From Sphaerodactylus townsendi (Eukaryota), in NCBI RefSeq assembly GCF_021028975.2, contig NC_059433.1:88722001-88786000 (forward strand): a DNA stretch of 64,000 bases, given 5' to 3'. The notes beneath the pieces are model-generated. The model saw only the letters and a program-made list of their open reading frames with translations, had not been told where the DNA came from and searched no databases. The first letter of the stretch is position 1, and every line of letters starts with the position of its first letter. This document shows positions 57,527 to 64,000 of this stretch, in pieces. Both the position numbers and the translations under genes were made by a program.

Positions 57527-57820
57527 ACCAGAGTGGTGCAGTAGTTAAGCGTGGTGGATTCTAATCTGGTGAACCAAGTTTGTTTCCCTGCTCCTCCACA
57601 TGAGCAATGGACTGTCGTCTGGTGAACCAAGTTTGTTTCCCTGCTTCTCCATATGAAGACCGCTGAGTGACTTTGGACTAGTCACGATTTTCACAGAACT
57701 CTCTAAGCCCCATCTGCCTCACAAGGTGTCTGTTGTGGGAGAAGAAGGGAAGGAGTTTGTAAGCTGTTTTGAGACTTCTTATGATTGAGAAAAGTGGGAT
57801 ATAAATCCTGACTCTTCTTC
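57527..57820 (+). mobile_element. tRNA-derived SINE with duplicated head segment
   Basis: TCTGGTGAACCAAGTTTGTTTCCCTGCT occurs twice; (ctt) tail. Confidence 0.75.
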
Positions 57821-60800
57821 TACTACATGACTTGCATGAATGACCCGTAACTGCCTGCTTGCTACTGTTCACCTGGAGTCCACAAAAGACAGTGGACTCC
57901 AGGTCCACTGCAGTCCACAAAAGACAGTGTGGAATAGTGGTTAGAATCTCAGATTAGGGTCTGGGGTGACCTTAGCCCGTCACACATTCTCAGTGTAACT
58001 TATCATGCACAATTGTTGTGAGGGTAACATGGAGGAGAGGAAAATGCTGTAAACGATTTTGGGTTCCCATTGTAGAGAAAGGCCGGATATAAATGAAGAA
58101 ATACATAATAAAATTTGGTGAAGATTAGGGCAGATAGAGGTTTGGAGGGAAGATGAAAGGAAAGAGAAAAGTACAGATATGAGGGCTACCAGGAGGAGGA
58201 AAAGGAGCAATAGTATGGAGAGGGGGATACAAGGGAAAGTAAGGTACTACCTGCAAGTCCTTGCAGCTTCCATATCATGATTAGCATCTGGAACTTTTCA
58301 GAGTTTCTTCCAGGAAGAGGCTGCCAGAGGGAAGGAACCGGGTTACCAGCTGTGGGCTGGGAAATACCCGGAGATTTTTGAGATGGTGCCTAAAGAGGGA
58401 TGGGTTTAGGGAGTGGAGGGTCTAAAATGGAGTATAAAGCCATAGAGTCCACCTTCTAAAGTGGCAATTTTCTCCAGGTGAACTGATCTCTGTTACCTGG
58501 AATCAGTTGTAATAGTGGAAGATCTCCAGCCATCACCTGCAGGTTAGAAACCCTAGAAAGAAAGGGGGATATGCAAAGGTAGGTTAGCTGATATATGGGA
58601 AAGGGAAAAAGAAACAGGAAGTGTGGTGAAGCTATGGGAGTTTTCAGGGAAGGGAAGTGGAAATCATGTGGAAGTGCAAAATGAAATGTCCTCCTGAAGC
58701 CTTTGCAGGTACCCTTTTTGTCATATACCTAATTCCCACGATGATGCCATGGTCCAGATCAAAAATCTTCACATTGGGTCACCCACAGATAGCAGGGATG
58801 CTTCTGAAAGTCATGGAAAATTCCAGGTTTACAGAAACATCCAAAACCTTAAAAAGGTTTGTGTGTGCGTGAAAAATCCCCAATTTATAAGAACAATGTC
58901 TGTACCCAGCACAGACATCACAGCTTTAAAAAACAACAACACAAAACATAGCAACTGCAAGATCTTGACAGTATTTTGGAGCCTCTAGGCAACTCCAATG
59001 ATGGCTGAGATCTCAGCAACATGTTGCAAGATTTCACTGGGTTCATGTTGAATTTGCTGAAGTCAGAACTGGAGGGAAAGAAGAGACAGGGGCCACAGTG
59101 TGGGAGGAGGGTGAGCTAAAAGCGGATAGGATGGAAAAGTGAGAACCAGTAAGGAGTGAGTGGTGCTTCTTCTCCCCTGCACATTGAAAACTAAAGTATC
59201 CATTTGTTTGTTGTTAAAACACACTTGAGATTCCTGCATGTTTAGGGGAGATGCGATGGGTTGTGGTGGGGAATAGCATGCAATTACTTTGCCAGGGGGG
59301 TTCTGAAAAGTACAATGGGTAAGCTTAATGTTTGGCCCACTTCAGAAAATTTGAACAGCACCATCTTGCACAGCTAATTTAGAGGGTGTTGGTCATTCCT
59401 ATGATGTCTTTGGAAATCCTTTCTAATAAGATAAGCAAATCAAACAGTAATAGATGCTATGCAAATTCTGTGAGCTGAATGAAGGGTGTTATTATGCCAC
59501 TACTGCACATTCATTATGCAAGTGCCAAATATTTACAGTGTTACTAGGACAAAGAAAACCTTGAGATCACGCTTTGAGATAATGTTCAGTTGCCTGTGCT
59601 CCTTTTTCCTGGATACATCCACCTCAGAGAATAGGTTCAGGCATGTTCTCAGCCCTCCCATGTTTACATAGCTTTGCATTCATATTGTAACAGATTGGGC
59701 CTGTCCTAAAGAATGTAACCTGTTCAGCTACTGAAATTTACATATTTATATGGAATTAACGAAAATGCTAAGTTTAACCCTTGAGAGTAGTGTAATGTAG
59801 TAGCTAGCTGGAGTGTTACACTGGGATTTGAACGTCCAGGCTCAAACCTTCACTCAGCCATGAAAGCTTTCTGGGTGACCTTAGGTGTGTTACACTGGCC
59901 CATTCCACACAACACAAATAAAACTGTATTGTGATAAATATATAAAACCTTTCCAGCTGGAATTCTGCACAGCTTTTTTTCTTCCAAATGTTTGGAAGAC
60001 TTTTTTAAAAAATTATTACTCAAAAGTGTTTTATTCCGAAAACTCTGAATAGCATTTCTTTTTGCCTCCACCATTTTCAGAACATTCCCTGCTTGCTGTG
60101 CAGAAAGCAGGGAACATTTTATTTTTCCGGCCTAGCTTTTAAAGTGCTCCCAGTTTCATTTTCGCTGCTTGCACCTGCCATTTTGTTTGCAGACATTCTC
60201 TGTGCCTACATCCATTTGGTGAAAGTTTCCCATGGAGGTCTCCTCTGCTAGCAGCTCATTCACTTGCTATTTCTGTTTTAAAAGTACATGAATCAAGGTA
60301 GTTTTCCCTTGTGATTCTGCACACACACACACATATATATTTGCTTGATTTGATTAAGGTGTCTTCGAAGCTATGACAGCACAATATGAGAATCGCAGTC
60401 CCTTGGAAGGCTAATCTACCTCCCATTAAAAAGCAATGGGTAGACCTGACCTCTGCCCATTACTTTTACTCATGCATAGACCTGCTGTCCTGAGGTTTTA
60501 ATTCCTTTCTGCAGAATTGACCATTGTCTCACCCTTACATACCTCTCAGGATGGCTGTTGTAAAATTTAATCAGAGGAGACAATAGCAATATTGTAATTT
60601 GGTTTGGGTCCCGATTGGGGAGAAAAGTTGGCTATAATAAAGTTAATAAATATAAAATATGGTAGAAGAGAAGTGTAGCTTTAAAGAATCTCCACCAAGG
60701 AGTAGAACTTGCAGTTCTGAGGGTTGGTGTTTTTTTCTTTTACATTTTACAAAGGAAATTAGGGGCATAGAGAGGGACTGAGAGACCTACTTTTAGCCCC

Positions 60801-62827
60801 TAACACATTGTACTAAGAGCTGTTGGAAATAGCCTGTCCTCCTAGTGTTTGTGCAAATTTGCAAGACAAATAAATATAGCAAAGTATAGGTCAGAGTTGT
60901 ATCTTGGACAGTAGAGGCCCATAACTTTGACCCACTACATCTAATATAGGATCCTGCCATTGGTACTGTTTCTGCCACATTTACAGTAGAAATTATGGAA
61001 AGATGGCAACATTTTTGTACTCCTGTTTATACCATTTCTTTGGGCAGTCTTTCAATACATTCACGAGGATCAACCAAAAATATATGGATTGCTTTAGAAA
61101 ACAAATACAGGTATTTAAACATACCTTTTTTAAAAAAAAATCCATCCACTTCTCAAATAGTTATTTGATGACCAACAAGACTAGATTTGATGACCAAGAT
61201 TTGATGACCAACAAGGAACTCGCTTTTTAAAAATAAAGAGTGTGAAGAAGTTAGAACTGGGACAGTAATTATCAGGGAGCACATAAGTACACAAAAATAT
61301 TTATGCAGAAGTACTTCTGTGCCGATCCAAATCAAGCAGGTTTGTTTGTACACTACCAGTCACCAAATAATTAGAATGTGCGGATTAAAGAATTAAAATC
61401 ATTCAACAATCAAACACATGGTTTGCTGATATAAGGTGCAATCTTGACATTAAAGGTTGTAATCCAACACAGAGAGAAGTACAGAATGAAATGAACCACA
61501 GCATAGTTAATTCTGTTTTGGAATATGGCAGACTTCTATACAGTCTGTCTCTACACAGTATGAACACTATCCAGAAAATGAAAAAGCTGGGGGAAATGGC
61601 ATGCCCAGAGATGCTTACAAAGAGCAAATTGTTCAGTTCATAAACTGAATGCCAGCCTGGTGACCATATTGGTTCAAAATGTTCATACCACTTGAACTGT
61701 TTCCAGTGCAAAATTATCCTGAATTCCATGGCAAACCCATACCTGACTGGCGGTGGGGGGTGGAATAAACAATGTTTCAGCTAATATTTAAAGGCTTTTT
61801 TACCCAGCAGAACTGGCTTGCACACAACCCCTAACATGTTGACAGGGTGGTGTTGCTGCTAGGCAACTCTACACAGTTGCCTGGGGCAGCACATTTAGTT
61901 CACCAACCAGTGAAGGAACATTCCCTTCCCAGCATCTCCTTGATGCCTGTACTTTCCCTGCTTAAGAACAGGCAAGGGAGAAATTAGAGTTTTCATCTAC
62001 TACTGCTATTGTGTGAGAGGGGGAAAGGGCCAGTAGCAAGCAAGAGTCTGTATGAACTGCAGGAGGAGATCTATGAGAAACCAGTGGGCATCTTAGGGAA
62101 AATGCAACTGCTCATTTGGAACTTGCACATGAGCTCCCTAAAGATTGCTGTGCAGGGAGAGGTGAGCCAGGAATGCAGCAACATCATTTCAGGGTGCCAT
62201 GAAAGGAGAGTCCAGAATTGTTCCTTAGCTCCTGGGTTTCAGATATAAGGGGAATAAAGAAGGCCTGCCAGGAGAGACTGAAACTAAAAATCAGACAAAT
62301 GATCAATACATATAGAGAAAGCCTGTGGCATGCTTTGGCATGCCGGTGAGGGATCACATGTTTGAATGCTTCTCCTTGGGGAGAAACTCCTTGAAGTAAC
62401 AAAACAAACCCATAAGGCGAGGTCTCCATGTCTCTCCTTTTTATGCTAGTTATCCATGATCACAATATTTTGGACAGCGGAAGAATGTTCACAGTGTCCT
62501 CCATTCTGAAAAGATACAGTCCCAGACTGATTCTGCAACGTGTTCTTTCCTGAATGTTTGGCTTGGCCTTTAGCATTAGGGCAGAATGCAGCAGATGAGT
62601 AGAATTATAATGTATCTGGGTAGAATTATAATGCATCTGCCATGTTTAAATTAGCATCACAGCGCTTGGGCTTATACAGTTGCTGTATAAAGACTCTGAT
62701 CCATCAAGCTGAGTATTGTCTACTTTGACAGGGTCTCCAGGGTCCCAGGTCTTTCCAGCACCTCCTATCTCCATTAACTTAAAACACCAGATCCTGGGGC
62801 CTTCTGCATGTTCACCACAGGGACCTA

Positions 62828-63063
62828 GGCCCTTTCCCCACTCACCTTTGCCCGAGGGTTGCTGCGGGGTTGTCGAGGGTTGCTGCGGGGTCGTCGAAAG
62901 GCGCCATTTGAAAAGGCGCCAGAAATTCCACGAGTCAAGGGGGCGCGAGAGAAGCAGCGTCGGGGCGGCTGCGTTCTCGCCGCCCCTGAAGTGGGGAGGG
63001 CAGCTGAACCCCGCGCTACTTTAGGAGAGTAGCGCGGGGCTTAAGGAAAGTGGGGAAAGGGCC
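62828..63063. mobile_element. Harbinger-type MITE, CpG-rich (young)
   Basis: Perfect 15-bp TIRs GGCCCTTTCCCCACT / AGTGGGGAAAGGGCC; TSD CTA; internal 21-bp tandem repeat. Confidence 0.85.
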
Positions 63064-63445
63064 CTAGTCCTGGTAAAGAGAAGCACACCATGGGAGTGGG
63101 GGAACAGAGTATGGCTTCCTCCAGCACTTTTACCCCTTTTCAAGGTTCACCGCTGCTAAAGCACAACCGGGCTTGGATTGGGTGGCCGGATTGGGGAGAG
63201 AAAAGGACTGCCAACTGCTGTGTAAGCCCCACCCACAAATCATTGGCTGGAGGCAGAAAGCACCTGCAGCAGCATTCCCTACAACAGCAGCCTTTGCAAA
63301 GCCTGATGGGAAGTGTAGTCCTTGCCCCTCCAGGAGGAGCTGGAATCTGGGCCCTCCAGGATGGCAGAGGACTAAACTTCCCAGCAGTCTTTGTTTTTTC
63401 TGGTTTGTCGTTGGAAACACACTGCTCAATTATATAGTAAGATTG

Positions 63446-64000
63446 ATTTTATTGAAAGTAAATGTTGTAAACTGCTCAGTGGTCTAGAAATCTAATAAAT
63501 AAATAAATAGATAAATAGATAACAACTTGAGATAACCAAGATAACTGAAACAACTTGAGATAACCAAGCCTGGGGGTGAGGGTGAGGGTGAGGGTGGGGG
63601 GGGGGATGAGAAAGCAAGCAACTCCACACCCAGTTTGGTAGCACTTCTTAGAACTGATTGTGACAACATTTTTGCGGTAGGGTGTAATTCTTCATTCTGC
63701 CCTTTACATTACAACATAAAGACAATGTACCTCACCCAAACTTCCTTAAAGAACATTTGTTTACAGTGACCGTTGTGAACATAAAAAAGGACACTGTTGC
63801 AATTTTGTTCAAATGAATAACCCACAAGGAATCACTGCAAGATAACTGATACAACTGGATGAGATTTCAAGTATAACTTCTGAATAATACTAAAGTCACT
63901 TAGTCGACCACCTATTTACTTCTAAAACTAATGCTATTGTCAAGGATTTTTTTAAATGGTGATGGTATTCACCAATGCTGAATATTGGCTTTTGGGGAGG
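63446..64000 (-). other. Possible 3' UTR end and poly(A) signal of the upstream gene (ESRP1 by recalled ESRP1-DPY19L4-INTS8 synteny)
   Basis: AATAAA on the minus strand at ~63446-63451 bounds an AT-rich, TE-free block about 12.5 kb upstream of DPY19L4. No coding exon is visible, so identity is inferred only. Confidence 0.3.

Noticed and set aside
58100-58740. Purine-rich blocks resembling further Helitron-like ends
   Set aside because: Hairpins and CTRR termini are too degenerate to define boundaries.
13237-62640. Scattered short direct duplications (13237-13283, 37402-37439, 43751-43776, 57877-57928, 61164-61215, 62599-62639) as a CRISPR-like or designed array
   Set aside because: Unrelated units with two or three copies and no repeat-spacer architecture; ordinary slippage or repair duplications in a vertebrate genome.
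51100-63400. ESRP1 or other coding exons upstream of DPY19L4
   Set aside because: No RRM or PKEWVCI-type sequence and no convincing spliced ORF was seen.

Overview
Eukaryotic (vertebrate) genomic DNA. The repeat content (Sauria-type SINEs, CR1, L2, SPIN/hAT MITEs) points to a squamate, probably a gecko. Two spliced genes lie in tandem on the minus strand. (1) A complete DPY19L4: 19 coding exons from 50696 down to 24696, 720 aa, all GT-AG junctions phase-consistent. (2) About 2 kb past its likely poly(A) signal, the first 10 coding exons of a large type III ('non-chordate', DN-cadherin/Hz-cadherin-like) classical cadherin, which starts at 19789 in a CpG island and runs off the left edge. The right edge may hold the 3' end of the upstream gene (ESRP1 by recalled synteny; low confidence). 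Introns and spacers are rich in mobile elements: SPIN and other hAT MITEs with clear 8-bp TSDs, Harbinger-type MITEs, a Helitron-like element with a nested young Rex1/Babar LINE at the cadherin promoter, Penelope fragments with a decayed minimal hammerhead ribozyme, RTE-X-like, L2 and CR1 fragments. Also present are a perfect 74-bp-arm palindrome, a strong CTCF motif and a 189-N assembly gap. Most short ORFs in the supplied track are not genes. Homology calls are from recalled sequences, not from searches.
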